DNA from: a virus
Taxonomy: Duplodnaviria; Caudoviricetes
IMG/VR virus record: IMGVR_UViG_3300027766_000001
DNA length: 64,000 nt
Reading direction: 5' to 3' (one strand)
The notes beneath the pieces were generated by a model. The model had not been told where the DNA came from. It ran no database searches and saw only the letters and a list, made by a program, of their open reading frames with translations. Of the stretch, positions 28,122 to 38,472 are shown in pieces. Numbering within the stretch: the stretch's first letter is position 1; each line of letters begins with the position of its first letter. A program made the translations under genes and the position numbers.

Positions 28122-30202
28122 TATGCATTATCCTCACGGTTGCGTGAAACCACGGTGAAGCTACCGATGTACATCCCTTTGTTAAAGGACGCGGAAACTT
28201 CGCACGAGTAGCGCACGCGGCTGTTCTGATCTTTCACCGTACGGAACGCGTTAACAGAGATGTCAACACGGTTGTCGTACAGGTTCGCGGTGAGATCGGT
28301 CAGAATGGTGTTCAGTTCAGACAGGGTCTGTTCTGTGGTGCGACGGGTGTCAACACCCAGCATGCGGTAAGCCTGCTGACATTTCTTCTCGATGTCCACG
28401 CAGATGGTGAGAGCGATCTCATCACGCAGCACAGACGACTCTTCCGTGTACACGGTCTGGACGTGCGGCACGTACGCTTGTGAACGGTTTACGTTCTGGG
28501 CGTAGTTCAGGCCGAGGTTCCAGTTAGTGTTACGGACTTCGGTTGGCTCCCACAGCAGATCCATCTGAGACAGAATCTGCACACGGTTGTTGTCTGCTGA
28601 GTCGTATGCTTTCGCATTCTTCAGCACACCGTCGCCGCTGCCTGCATACAGAGAACGCTTGTACGCGTGATCCAGCAGGTGTGGATACCATTCGCCTGAG
28701 TCATCACCGGCCAGGTAACCTGACTGCATGAAGAACACGACGCGGCAAGTCGAGGTACCGTACAGGCTTGACTCTGGGAACAGACGTGCGTAAGTACGCA
28801 GCGCAGAACCCATAGAGCGTTGCTCCAGTGCGGACAGACGCTCGTGACCATCAATAAAGGTACTGATGTATACCACGATGTCTTTACGCTTGCCGATGAC
28901 GGAAATCAGCGACTTCTTGGTTTCCAGATCGTAACCGCAGTCCCAGTACGCAGACTGAGGATAGCGAGCATCATCCAGGACTTCGATGTCTTTCAGATCA
29001 CCATAGTTGTCAAACTGCTCTTTACAGAGCTGGTTGTACATGGTGGTCTTGCTGATGGTGTTGCCTTTGGCATCTTTGTAAGAGCCGTCGCTACCGCCTT
29101 CCGCGTAGTAGATCGCTACGTCGTTCAGGTTCACGCCGCCATCTGCAACGCCTTGTACACGCAGAGTGTAATAAGGGTTGTTGTAGAAGTCCACGCCACC
29201 CAGGAAGTTGATCTGATGCTGAGCACCTTCACCTTCCAGCAGAGAAGCATTCGCGGCTTTCTCTGCAGTGTACAGAAGACCCAACACCGCTTCCAGGTTG
29301 TCGTAGTACACTTTGGTACGACCGACCGGGCCCGGAACAGGCACGTAGCCTTCTTGGGTGTTGTCGTAATCTTTCACACGCAGCGGGAAGCTGTACTTCG
29401 TTGACGTCGCGCTGTCCACAACTGTCTTCTTAAAGGAGAAGTTGATTTCAGACGAACGATCCGCGGTGAGTTTCAGTACGGCAGTAGACTGCACGTCCGG
29501 ACGCTCATACACACGCAGGGCAAACAGCTGCGCCAGCTGGTCCACGGCAACCGCGGTATTCAGCGGCGTAGTAGACTGGGTGTTCGGTGCCCACAGGGAG
29601 AAACCGACGTTGTTGCCATAGGCACCCGCGTAAGGCACTTCCAGATCCAGCAGCGGATAGAAATCAGACTGCTCACCGGTAGAGGAAGTCAGGAGACCTT
29701 TCTTCTTCACACCTGCGCCAAACAGCACAGTGTCGATGTCGCGGTTGATCACGAGGCGCGCAACATAACCATCGCGCTTGGTGGTATCTTCTTCGAAGTT
29801 ACCGTTGGCATCGCGCTGGGCAACACCGCTTTCATCGCGGACGTAGTCAGTGACTTTGTCTGCAACGATTTCGATACCCAGTGAGAAGTACGCCGGTTTC
29901 AGCGCATCAGCCGGATGCACACGCTGCACCATAATGGCGTTGCCCGTTCCACCAATAGTAGAAACGAACGCGGACCCCATGGTGTAAAACTTAGACAGCG
30001 GATCAAACGTTTTGCTGCCGTAGTAGGCAGTCAACAGCGTCGGATCAAGCAGCTGCGGGGTTAACGGTCCACGCTCAGCGAGAATGTACAGATGCGGCAA
30101 ATGCTGCGCGTACACCTCCGGAACGGGAACCGGAGCAACTACAGATTCATCCCGGATACCTTCCAGAATAAAACGCGGAGCTCCGTTAGAAAGATTTGAC
30201 AT
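28121..30202 (-). CDS. Contractile tail sheath protein (phiKZ gp29-like)
   Basis: 693 aa. N-terminus NGAPRFILEGIRDES, PQHLPHLY..AERGP, GAYGNNVG and YPQSAYWDCGY match recalled phiKZ-family sheaths. Confidence 0.82.
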   Translation of the reverse strand: MSNLSNGAPRFILEGIRDESVVAPVPVPEVYAQHLPHLYILAERGPLTPQLLDPTLLTAYYGSKTFDPLSKFYTMGSAFVSTIGGTGNAIMVQRVHPADALKPAYFSLGIEIVADKVTDYVRDESGVAQRDANGNFEEDTTKRDGYVARLVINRDIDTVLFGAGVKKKGLLTSSTGEQSDFYPLLDLEVPYAGAYGNNVGFSLWAPNTQSTTPLNTAVAVDQLAQLFALRVYERPDVQSTAVLKLTADRSSEINFSFKKTVVDSATSTKYSFPLRVKDYDNTQEGYVPVPGPVGRTKVYYDNLEAVLGLLYTAEKAANASLLEGEGAQHQINFLGGVDFYNNPYYTLRVQGVADGGVNLNDVAIYYAEGGSDGSYKDAKGNTISKTTMYNQLCKEQFDNYGDLKDIEVLDDARYPQSAYWDCGYDLETKKSLISVIGKRKDIVVYISTFIDGHERLSALEQRSMGSALRTYARLFPESSLYGTSTCRVVFFMQSGYLAGDDSGEWYPHLLDHAYKRSLYAGSGDGVLKNAKAYDSADNNRVQILSQMDLLWEPTEVRNTNWNLGLNYAQNVNRSQAYVPHVQTVYTEESSVLRDEIALTICVDIEKKCQQAYRMLGVDTRRTTEQTLSELNTILTDLTANLYDNRVDISVNAFRTVKDQNSRVRYSCEVSASFNKGMYIGSFTVVSRNREDNA

Positions 30203-30404
30203 GCCTTTCTCCTAACTATCGATAGTGTCAAAAGAGCCTTTTTTAGAAACATGTTTCACTGCTTTGTGGCGCCAATCCACCCCACGCAAACCACCGTCGT
30301 GGCAGGGAGTAATGGTATGGTTCACTATTTACGACGATTAAACAGTGCCATACCATTAGGTGTCATTGTTTACATAAAAGCGCGCAGGAGAGGGTTTCAC
30401 GACC

Positions 30405-31358
30405 ATGTTTATTTCCCCCTATCAGACTAAAGCGGCCAGTTGGAACCCGATCGATAAGATCCAATCGGCGATGAAATTGGCAAAGATTGAAAAGCGTCTG
30501 ATCCCCGCAACAAAACCCATTCCTGGCTTAACCGGTGTGTATGGTCCGGTGCGCGTTGAAGGCATGTGGTTTTTAGTGGCTGGGATTACCGGTAACGATG
30601 CGGAACCGGCATTCACTAACCCCATTACGTTTACGGACACGCTCGGTAAACAGAACATTGTCATTGATGCCCGTACGGCATTAATGTTTGATCAAGCCAC
30701 TGGTACGATCGCACTGCGCAGCCGTAACGCGATCACTGATTTGCAACAGCAGATCATTCGCATGAAGGCGGTGTGGTATTGGATGTCAGGTAACCAACGT
30801 GACTTCCTGAACCTGTCGCCTATTCCGATGCAGGTGTATGTACGCTGGGTGGCTGAAGCTATCGCGAACAAGACCAAGATGGGCTACAACGAGATGCCAC
30901 GTTTCCTGGCATACTGCGGTTGGTTCTTCGTGTGTCAGTTCTATAATGAAAGCGACTTCGCCGACCCGGCTGTGCGACTGAACGCGGTGCGTAAGGTCAC
31001 TGACCAATCACGTGTGCGGGCAGACGTCGTTGCAGAGACACTGGAAGACGCGCCGTTCCTGTCAGGTGTTCAGGCTTTCGTTGATCACGCCATGGAAGTG
31101 GTGGGCGCGGAAGAACTGAAACTGATGGACCTGCGGATGTTCGTGTCAGTTGCGGGCGGTGCCTGGATTGGTGGTCATGCTGCTGAGTCGGGTGCAATCG
31201 GTCTGGAATATCCACCGGTGTTCTTGTCGATGCTCTACGGTTCAGCCAACAACAGCTACTACCGTAACACGGTGCTGGGGCGTATCCTGGATCGGGGTGA
31301 GTTCAAGAAAACCAAAGAGGTGTTCATGCGCAGCTTCGCAGGCACCATTGATCTGTAA
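30405..31358 (+). CDS. Virion structural protein (phiKZ gp28 position)
   Basis: Divergent from the sheath gene, first gene of the conserved operon leading to terminase. Confidence 0.6.
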   Translation: MFISPYQTKAASWNPIDKIQSAMKLAKIEKRLIPATKPIPGLTGVYGPVRVEGMWFLVAGITGNDAEPAFTNPITFTDTLGKQNIVIDARTALMFDQATGTIALRSRNAITDLQQQIIRMKAVWYWMSGNQRDFLNLSPIPMQVYVRWVAEAIANKTKMGYNEMPRFLAYCGWFFVCQFYNESDFADPAVRLNAVRKVTDQSRVRADVVAETLEDAPFLSGVQAFVDHAMEVVGAEELKLMDLRMFVSVAGGAWIGGHAAESGAIGLEYPPVFLSMLYGSANNSYYRNTVLGRILDRGEFKKTKEVFMRSFAGTIDL

Positions 31359-31370
31359 GAAGGGGGCGTC

Positions 31371-33941
31371 ATGGCGAGCGTCGATTTAGTAAACCACGCG
31401 ATTGAGAATGCGTGGGCTAACCCACAAGCCGATCGTCAGCACGTGTTGCGTCTGGCTCGTATCTCACGAGACATTGGCGATATCAACTACAGTTCGGTGA
31501 TGACAGCTTATGTACCGCTGCCGACCCGCAAAGAACTGTACCACGTCTTTCAGATCGGACAGAACCACCCCTGGACCTGGAACGTCGGTGACAACTACGT
31601 TACTCCGTTGCCCATGGAAGAGTGGGTGCGTTTAAGCGACCTGCGTTACATGCGTATGCTGGTTGCCAACGTCTATCTGGATACCGGTGTGCAACTCCCA
31701 GCGACCGGTGTCTTTGTGCGACTGCGTTACGACCACAACATCCTGATTGCGATCACGGATTTTCAGAACATGGCGGTACCGCGTAATGTGGATGTGTACA
31801 TGCGCGTCTACAGCAATGCCTACTGGGAAACGCTATTAGAAGAAGAGCGGTTGGATAAACTGCTTTGCTTTGGCGGAATGATGAGCAACCCCACTGACGT
31901 GTTGCGCTGGCAAAACCAATACTTGTCACTGAAGGCAAGCAAGGTCGGGTTAGCACAAGCCCTGGTCAACGGGAAGCTGGTTAACGATTTCGCACCGGGC
32001 TCGTACCGTCAGCGTGATTATGTCACGGTGTCTTATGACGCGTCGGTATTTAAAGTGGTTGACATTCCGGTGAAAACCATGCCGACGTTTTTATCGACGT
32101 TGGACAACCGTCAGAAGTTCATCTTCCATCCGCCACGTTTAAATGACGAAACGGATTTGGATGTGGTGTACTTTGATGACCTCGACTTCTGGTTGATTGG
32201 TCCTGACGGCACCGGGGTGTTTTTCCACCGTAACCGCAAAGATGCGATTCGTCAGTTGACCCATCGCGACTACGCACTCTGTGTGCAGTACTTGCAGAAC
32301 TTTGTACTGCAACAAGGCTGGGGTCAGCTCAACGACTGCACCGTGCGTTGTGTGATGCGTAAAAGCGGCTTTGATCAAAAGCTTGCCTTTAATAGTAACC
32401 GTATAAATGAAATGTACAAACTCACCGATGCATTGATTCTTGATGTGATGGTGAACGTGCGTGCAACACTACCCGAATGGTCAGCGGCTGAACTGGAGCA
32501 GTGTGACTATATTCGTCTGTTAGGTGCGCAGTATAAATTGCTGAGCTCTAACCTGGTGCGTGATGCTTACGGTTACAATGCCATGACCCAGGTAATGGCC
32601 AACACCCCGCTGCTGTTAACCAAAGGCGAAACCAGCAATGGTTACGCAGTACTGTCGCCAAGTCTGCGTGAAAACGTGCAGGTGTACGAGTACGACAGCA
32701 ATGGGTTGTATCTCGGCAACTATTACCAGGCAGGTGGCAACCGCTACATCGCATACAACGCTAACGCGGCGATGATTGAAGTCTACAGCGGGAAGGCGAG
32801 CAAATCACCACACTACGTCTTTGGTAACGATGACGTGACGCTGTTGAAAGATTACGGTTACCGTGTCTATGCAGCGAAGTGGGACGGGACGACGGTCGAC
32901 AACACCACTTGGGCAGACGTCACTAACCTCGATACCGTGTATGCGGTAAATAAAGGTAAGCTTGCGTTTGTGCACAACAAAGTGCGTAACGTGGGATTGG
33001 TGGTGTTTAACGATGTGTTCCTGGGTTACGACTTTACGCTGGATCACCTCGACAAGACACTGGCTTTCTCCATCACCTACGATTGGGTTGGCGGTGGACT
33101 GGAAGCACCGATTGCACCGGGTAACGTTGATATCATCATGAACAAGCGTTCGCTGGTTCCGGGTATCGACTACATCATGAACTACCCGCGGATTGTGATC
33201 ACCAACAAAGCGTATTTGCTCCCTGACCAGCCACAGCAGTTTACTGTACGGTGCACCGGTTGGGGTACACTCGATCTGCAACCACAGCCGGCTAATGAGT
33301 TCGGTTGGGTGACACGCGAGCACATCAGTAATAATGACGTGTTTAACTTGCGTGATGATCGAACGGTACGTTGTGTGATTGCCGGACGGTTAACCCGTCG
33401 GGAAGATCTGGTGTATGCTGAAGACGTTCCGTCAGCAGCAGGACTTGATCCCAGCTATAACGGTCAGCCGTATCACATCAGCAACATCATGGCCAGTGTG
33501 CGTGGCGTAGACGACTACGAAACCTTCCCACAACGTGAAGCAGCACTTGACCTTGACAACCGTCTGGGCGCGTACTTGACGTCGGTGTTCCCACAGCCTG
33601 ACTTTGGTGATCCTAACTTTATTCAGCAGAAGTACGTGGTGTATTCACCGCTGTTACAAAAGCTGATTTACGATTTGAAGTTGGGCTTCCTGATATTGCC
33701 GAAGGACGGTTGGGGATCGGATGAAAAGCTGGACAAGATTCTTGAGCCGTACAAGTGGTGGATGGATTTCGATCATTGCACCAAAGACATCGACTGGACC
33801 TACGTGGTAGTTCAACCGCATAACCAGCCGGGGACGTTGTCGATCACGTCGCTGCAATACGACTTCCTGAATCGTGTTATTGATCTGTACCTGAACAAGC
33901 GCACGTCGCTCTCTGGGTACTTAACCATTGCTGCAGGATAA
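31371..33941 (+). CDS. Virion/baseplate-region protein (phiKZ gp27 position)
   Basis: 856 aa. Assignment by synteny. Confidence 0.6.
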   Translation: MASVDLVNHAIENAWANPQADRQHVLRLARISRDIGDINYSSVMTAYVPLPTRKELYHVFQIGQNHPWTWNVGDNYVTPLPMEEWVRLSDLRYMRMLVANVYLDTGVQLPATGVFVRLRYDHNILIAITDFQNMAVPRNVDVYMRVYSNAYWETLLEEERLDKLLCFGGMMSNPTDVLRWQNQYLSLKASKVGLAQALVNGKLVNDFAPGSYRQRDYVTVSYDASVFKVVDIPVKTMPTFLSTLDNRQKFIFHPPRLNDETDLDVVYFDDLDFWLIGPDGTGVFFHRNRKDAIRQLTHRDYALCVQYLQNFVLQQGWGQLNDCTVRCVMRKSGFDQKLAFNSNRINEMYKLTDALILDVMVNVRATLPEWSAAELEQCDYIRLLGAQYKLLSSNLVRDAYGYNAMTQVMANTPLLLTKGETSNGYAVLSPSLRENVQVYEYDSNGLYLGNYYQAGGNRYIAYNANAAMIEVYSGKASKSPHYVFGNDDVTLLKDYGYRVYAAKWDGTTVDNTTWADVTNLDTVYAVNKGKLAFVHNKVRNVGLVVFNDVFLGYDFTLDHLDKTLAFSITYDWVGGGLEAPIAPGNVDIIMNKRSLVPGIDYIMNYPRIVITNKAYLLPDQPQQFTVRCTGWGTLDLQPQPANEFGWVTREHISNNDVFNLRDDRTVRCVIAGRLTRREDLVYAEDVPSAAGLDPSYNGQPYHISNIMASVRGVDDYETFPQREAALDLDNRLGAYLTSVFPQPDFGDPNFIQQKYVVYSPLLQKLIYDLKLGFLILPKDGWGSDEKLDKILEPYKWWMDFDHCTKDIDWTYVVVQPHNQPGTLSITSLQYDFLNRVIDLYLNKRTSLSGYLTIAAG

Positions 33942-33945
33942 TCTG

Positions 33946-35670
33946 ATGACTGATTTATTGAGCGGTGCGTTCAAGACCACGACCACATTGGCGGCGGCCT
34001 TGCAACCTATCCTTCCCAAAGCAAACGACCTTGTGAGCTTCTGGGATATTCGTAACATCTATAAAGGCCCCGCCTTCATTCAGGAAAACGGCTACTACGC
34101 TTACGTTCCGAAAGAAGGCGATTGGGTCGTTGACCACGACAACGGTTGGTTCTACGTGGCGCATGTTGGCTTAGAAGGTGAGAACCTGTCAACGCTGGTG
34201 CCGTGGGAAGCCCCTGACCGTGCTGGCACTACCGATGATGACCTGGTGATCCTCGGCAACATCTCGCGCATGACCAGTGAGTTCATTACCTGTGGTATTG
34301 ACTACTCGCAAATGCCGCCGGTCATGAGTGTGGATAACCGCATCCAGGTGTTTGGCTCCAATGTGGCATCGGCTAAAATCTGGCTGAACAACGACATTGG
34401 CGTCAACGGGAAAGTGGTCAGCTGTCAATACGACAACTCGGGTAACATCGTGAGCGACACGGTTCCACTGGAACTGGCGAAGTTCAACGATTCACGCAAC
34501 ATTGCAGTGCGTATCCCGATGCCGTGTAACTGCTCCATGAACTTAGCGGACGGGGAAACCCTGACGTTTGCAGCCTACGATAAGAACGGCGGGATCATTC
34601 TGCCCGTGTATCGCATGGTGGTACAGAACACGGCGTTTGTCCGTCGTAATGAAGCGGGGCAAAAATACGTGAAGGCGGTACAGTTGCTCTCGCCATTCAT
34701 GAACGGCGCTGATCCGAACCTGCTTGAGATTCCGGTGTCGATTCGTGACCTGAGTCAGGTGGAGTTCCGTGCGCGTGTCTGGTATACCGACAACTCGTAT
34801 AAGGACTGGCCAGTAGACGGTGAGCGTATGGTGTTAAACGGGGTGCGGGAATATATCCCAACCATCGTCGGACAACAGGCTAACCTGACACTGACGTACT
34901 TTCTGAATGACGACGAGCAAGCGGTCTCTGCAAATCCGGGTGAGAAGAAGCACGTGGATGAACAGTATCGCATTCGTACCACGGAAGCGGTCGGCGCGTA
35001 TGCAGCGAAGCTTTACGGTTATCCGGTGTTCAAGTCGGCAACGCTTGGCTGGCAGATGTCCTGGTGGCTGTATAACCTGGATCGTCAGATGGCGTATGAG
35101 GTGACGGACAAAGTCGAAGTGGCGAAGAACTCTGAGCCGTTTGATGGGTTGAACTACGGGGTGGTGCAGCATCTGTCTTACGCGGTTACGCTGTCAGATG
35201 TGGACTCTCGTTGGAAATCGTTCCGTCATGTGCAGAACATCGATGTGGTCTTGTACGGTGCGCCAGGTCTCGCAACCGGCACTGACTGGACGGTTGGCTT
35301 TGACCCCGGTCAGGATCCCCTGTTCGGTGTGGCGCTTTCCTGTAAGATCACCACCCAGACGGCGAACTCCCGTACGGTGAGGGTGGACTCCGGTATTGCG
35401 ACCTACGCTGAATGGCTGCAGCAGATGTTCTACAACACGCGTCCGTTGCGCTCCATTGCTTCGGAATCAAAAGCCCCTGAGCCGACCCACTTCGAGATCT
35501 ACGTCGACAGCACCCACGTGTACCGCTACCCGGTATCGCAGTGGAATGCGGTTCTCACGATCAGCACGATCCTGAACATTGGTCAGACCGTGTATGTGAA
35601 GTGGCTGAAAACGGACACAGGTAACGTTGAACTGCAGCTGGGTGTTTCTGCCCTGGTGGTCAAGCAGTAA
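33946..35670 (+). CDS. Virion/baseplate-region protein (phiKZ gp26 position)
   Basis: About 574 aa, ATG 8 nt after AGGA. Assignment by synteny. Confidence 0.6.
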   Translation: MTDLLSGAFKTTTTLAAALQPILPKANDLVSFWDIRNIYKGPAFIQENGYYAYVPKEGDWVVDHDNGWFYVAHVGLEGENLSTLVPWEAPDRAGTTDDDLVILGNISRMTSEFITCGIDYSQMPPVMSVDNRIQVFGSNVASAKIWLNNDIGVNGKVVSCQYDNSGNIVSDTVPLELAKFNDSRNIAVRIPMPCNCSMNLADGETLTFAAYDKNGGIILPVYRMVVQNTAFVRRNEAGQKYVKAVQLLSPFMNGADPNLLEIPVSIRDLSQVEFRARVWYTDNSYKDWPVDGERMVLNGVREYIPTIVGQQANLTLTYFLNDDEQAVSANPGEKKHVDEQYRIRTTEAVGAYAAKLYGYPVFKSATLGWQMSWWLYNLDRQMAYEVTDKVEVAKNSEPFDGLNYGVVQHLSYAVTLSDVDSRWKSFRHVQNIDVVLYGAPGLATGTDWTVGFDPGQDPLFGVALSCKITTQTANSRTVRVDSGIATYAEWLQQMFYNTRPLRSIASESKAPEPTHFEIYVDSTHVYRYPVSQWNAVLTISTILNIGQTVYVKWLKTDTGNVELQLGVSALVVKQ

Positions 35671-35732
35671 CTCACTGTACAGGCGTTGGGGGCGAAAGCC
35701 TCCAACCCTGTGCTTTATAAGGAACGCGTTTT

Positions 35733-37913
35733 ATGATACTGTATGGCAATGACTGGTGTAAATACCGCATGATGCCACACGTTCATTATGAGACCAAGAA
35801 CGACAGCTTCTTGAAGGTTGCGAAGAAGATGCATGACATGGGCGTGAAGAACTGCCTGTTTATGCTCTCCTTGTTCAACAAGTCTCTGATCGACGTAGAC
35901 CCGTATGATCCCAACTTAACGGAAGAACAAAAGAAGGCGATCGCCATCGAGTGCAGTATCAACTTCTGGTACTTCATTCGTGAAGTGATTCGCATCCGTG
36001 TTCCGGGTCAGGCTGAAGGTATCCGTTATATCGCCAACCGTGGCAACATGGCCTTGAGTTGGTTGTACCTCTGTCACATCGACGTGTTCTTGATCCAGCC
36101 ACGTCAGACCGGTAAATCGGTTTCTACCGACTGTATCATGTTGTGGTTAATCTACTTCGGTAGCCGTAACAACAACATCTCCCTGATTACCAAGGGTGAC
36201 CTTCGTGCAGAAAACATTAAGCGCCTGAAGGCGATGCGTGACTTCTTGCCGAAGTATCTAATTGTGCGTGACCGTCACGATCCGGACAACTCCGAGTGGA
36301 TCGGTTATGCAGCCCTGAAGAATGCGTACAAAGCTGCTATTGCACAGGGTAACGAAACTGCAGCCAACAACCTGGGTCGTGGTATTACCACGGCGACCAT
36401 TCACATCGATGAAGGCCCGTTCTTGTCATTCGTGGATATCACCATCCCGGCGGCACTGAACGCCACAACCACTGCACGACGTTATGCTGAGAAATTCGGC
36501 ACACCACACGGCAACATCTTTACCACTACGGCGGGTCGACGCGACTCCCGTGAGGGCAAGTACTTCTACGGTATCTTGCAAGATGCAGCGGTGTGGAACG
36601 AGATGTATTATGATTGCGTGGATTTCAAAGACTTGTCTGAAACCATCATGAACAACTCGGGCTCAGAAGCACCGGCGGTGAACATCACCATGTCGCATCG
36701 CCAGTTGGGGTACACTGACGAATGGTTACGTAAAACCATCGCACAGAACAAGAACGACAAGGAGTCGGCAGAACGTGACTTCCTTAACCGCTGGACTTCA
36801 GGTAACCTGACGTCTCCTCTGTCGATCGCACTCAACGAAAAGATCAACGCCTCGCAGCGTGAAGTAGTGTACACCGAGATCACCAAACACAAATACATTG
36901 TGCGGTGGTACATTACCAAGGCCGAGATCGAAAGCAACAAAACGGCCACGCACTACATCGTCGGCATGGATACCTCTGACGCGACGTCAACCGGGGACAG
37001 CAACACCATCGTCTTCCGTGATATCCGTGACATGGGTGTAGTGGCAACCATGAACTTCCGTAACACCAACACCATCAACGTCAACCACATGGTGGCGGAC
37101 TTGCTGGAACAGCACAAGAACTCCACGTTCGTTCCTGAACGTAACCGTGCACAATCCCTGATCGACCACTTACTGATTGAGCTGCCTCGTCGCGGCATGG
37201 ATCCGTTTAAGCGTATCTACAATACGTTGGTGGATGACCAGACCGTGCGTCGTACTGAGTTCATGGAATTGGTCAACACACCACTGGGTGCACGTACACA
37301 GGAATTCTACGATTCCAAACGTACGTACTTCGGGTTCTGGACTGGTTCACAATCGCGTCCGATCCTTTATGGTCGTGTATTGCAAGAATCAGCCAAACAC
37401 ACCGGGTATGCAACGCGTGACAAAGAACTGATCGATCAGATCATGGGGCTGGTTGCGAAAGGCGGGCGTGTGGATCACAAGTCAGGCGGTCATGATGACC
37501 TGGTTATTGCCTGGCTGTTGGGTTACTGGTTTATCACCGATGCGCGTCACCAAGACTGGTACGGAATCGACACACGTAAAGTGATGTGCGTTTCTGAACA
37601 GGCGCAAGGTTACAGCATAGAAGAACAAGCCTGGTTGGATTACCAAGCCCGTCTGCGTGATGAACTGACCAACACCATGGAGCTGTTGAAAACCGCAACT
37701 CATCAGATGGCAATCACCCGTCTTGAACAACAAGTGCGCAATTTACGTGCACAGGTTGTCGATATGGGCAATGATGCTATGACTGTTGACCAGTTGTTGT
37801 TGGAAGCCAAAGAAACGCGTCAGTTGAAAGCACGAGCAGGTCGTAACACTGCACCGCCGACAAATGTTGGTGCGCGTGTCAAATCACGGCGTTACGCTGG
37901 CATGTATTTCTAA
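35733..37913 (+). CDS. terL: Terminase large subunit
   Basis: Walker A QPRQTGKS, Walker B IHIDEGPF, coupling TTTAG, nuclease IVGMDTS and GHDDLVIAW. Confidence 0.92.
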   Translation: MILYGNDWCKYRMMPHVHYETKNDSFLKVAKKMHDMGVKNCLFMLSLFNKSLIDVDPYDPNLTEEQKKAIAIECSINFWYFIREVIRIRVPGQAEGIRYIANRGNMALSWLYLCHIDVFLIQPRQTGKSVSTDCIMLWLIYFGSRNNNISLITKGDLRAENIKRLKAMRDFLPKYLIVRDRHDPDNSEWIGYAALKNAYKAAIAQGNETAANNLGRGITTATIHIDEGPFLSFVDITIPAALNATTTARRYAEKFGTPHGNIFTTTAGRRDSREGKYFYGILQDAAVWNEMYYDCVDFKDLSETIMNNSGSEAPAVNITMSHRQLGYTDEWLRKTIAQNKNDKESAERDFLNRWTSGNLTSPLSIALNEKINASQREVVYTEITKHKYIVRWYITKAEIESNKTATHYIVGMDTSDATSTGDSNTIVFRDIRDMGVVATMNFRNTNTINVNHMVADLLEQHKNSTFVPERNRAQSLIDHLLIELPRRGMDPFKRIYNTLVDDQTVRRTEFMELVNTPLGARTQEFYDSKRTYFGFWTGSQSRPILYGRVLQESAKHTGYATRDKELIDQIMGLVAKGGRVDHKSGGHDDLVIAWLLGYWFITDARHQDWYGIDTRKVMCVSEQAQGYSIEEQAWLDYQARLRDELTNTMELLKTATHQMAITRLEQQVRNLRAQVVDMGNDAMTVDQLLLEAKETRQLKARAGRNTAPPTNVGARVKSRRYAGMYF

Positions 37914-37984
37914 TTGGTATTTCGTGACATGGGTGCGCTAACATATAGACTCATGTCACGTTTTATCTTATCAGCGAGGTTTTT

Positions 37985-38278
37985 ATGAAACAAGAAGAGT
38001 TTCGTATCCTTACTGATCTACTTCGCCGTTATGAAACGGAAGTCCCTCCAGGAGTGGCCACCACACTGGGGTTAGACTTAGTAGATCGTATTGTTAACAA
38101 AGTTGCCCGGATGGTGAATGTCGCGCCTGGTATACCGGATTGCCAATTTCTGCAGAGCATGGAACTGATCGGTTACCCGATGCTTCCGCTGCAGCAAGAT
38201 TTGGTGTCGGTGCACTTGTATGGTATCAGTACCAGCAAAGGCTTCATTCATATCAGTCCAATGGCAATGGTTGCATGA
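37985..38278 (+). CDS. Hypothetical protein (97 aa)
   Basis: GAGG RBS, followed by a terminator. Confidence 0.65.
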   Translation: MKQEEFRILTDLLRRYETEVPPGVATTLGLDLVDRIVNKVARMVNVAPGIPDCQFLQSMELIGYPMLPLQQDLVSVHLYGISTSKGFIHISPMAMVA

Positions 38279-38290
38279 TTTTACTCAAAC

Positions 38291-38335
38291 CAGCATAAAG
38301 GGGAGGAGCTCACGCCCCTCTCCTTTTTTATGCCG
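38291..38335. terminator. Bidirectional terminator with CAGCATAA / TTATGCCG flanks
   Basis: Purine/pyrimidine hairpin flanked by inverted motif copies. Confidence 0.7.
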
Positions 38336-38340
38336 ATCAA

Positions 38341-38400
38341 TTAGTCGAGCTTACGTAACAGGCGAAAGTACCAGTACTTCAAGGTGCGATATTTAGACAT
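38341..38400 (-). CDS. Candidate 19-aa cationic/aromatic peptide MSKYRTLKYWYFRLLRKLD
   Basis: Perfect GGAGG 5 nt upstream of ATG. Occupies a gap between two terminators. Confidence 0.5.
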   Translation of the reverse strand: MSKYRTLKYWYFRLLRKLD

Positions 38401-38432
38401 GCATGCCTCCGGTAGGGTAGTATTATTGTAAT

Positions 38433-38470
38433 CGGTGGCATAAGGGCAGGGCCGAAGCCCCACCGCCTAT
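38433..38470 (-). terminator. Terminator of the 38473-39453 gene with TTATGCC tail
   Basis: GGGC-TTCG-GCCC hairpin on the minus strand followed by TTATGCCAC. Confidence 0.6.
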
Positions 38471-38472
38471 GT

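Noticed and set aside
10065-37913. Inteins or group I introns in the RNAP or terminase genes
   Set aside because: The ORFs are continuous, and I saw no C...HN(C/S/T) splice motifs, LAGLIDADG or HNH signatures.
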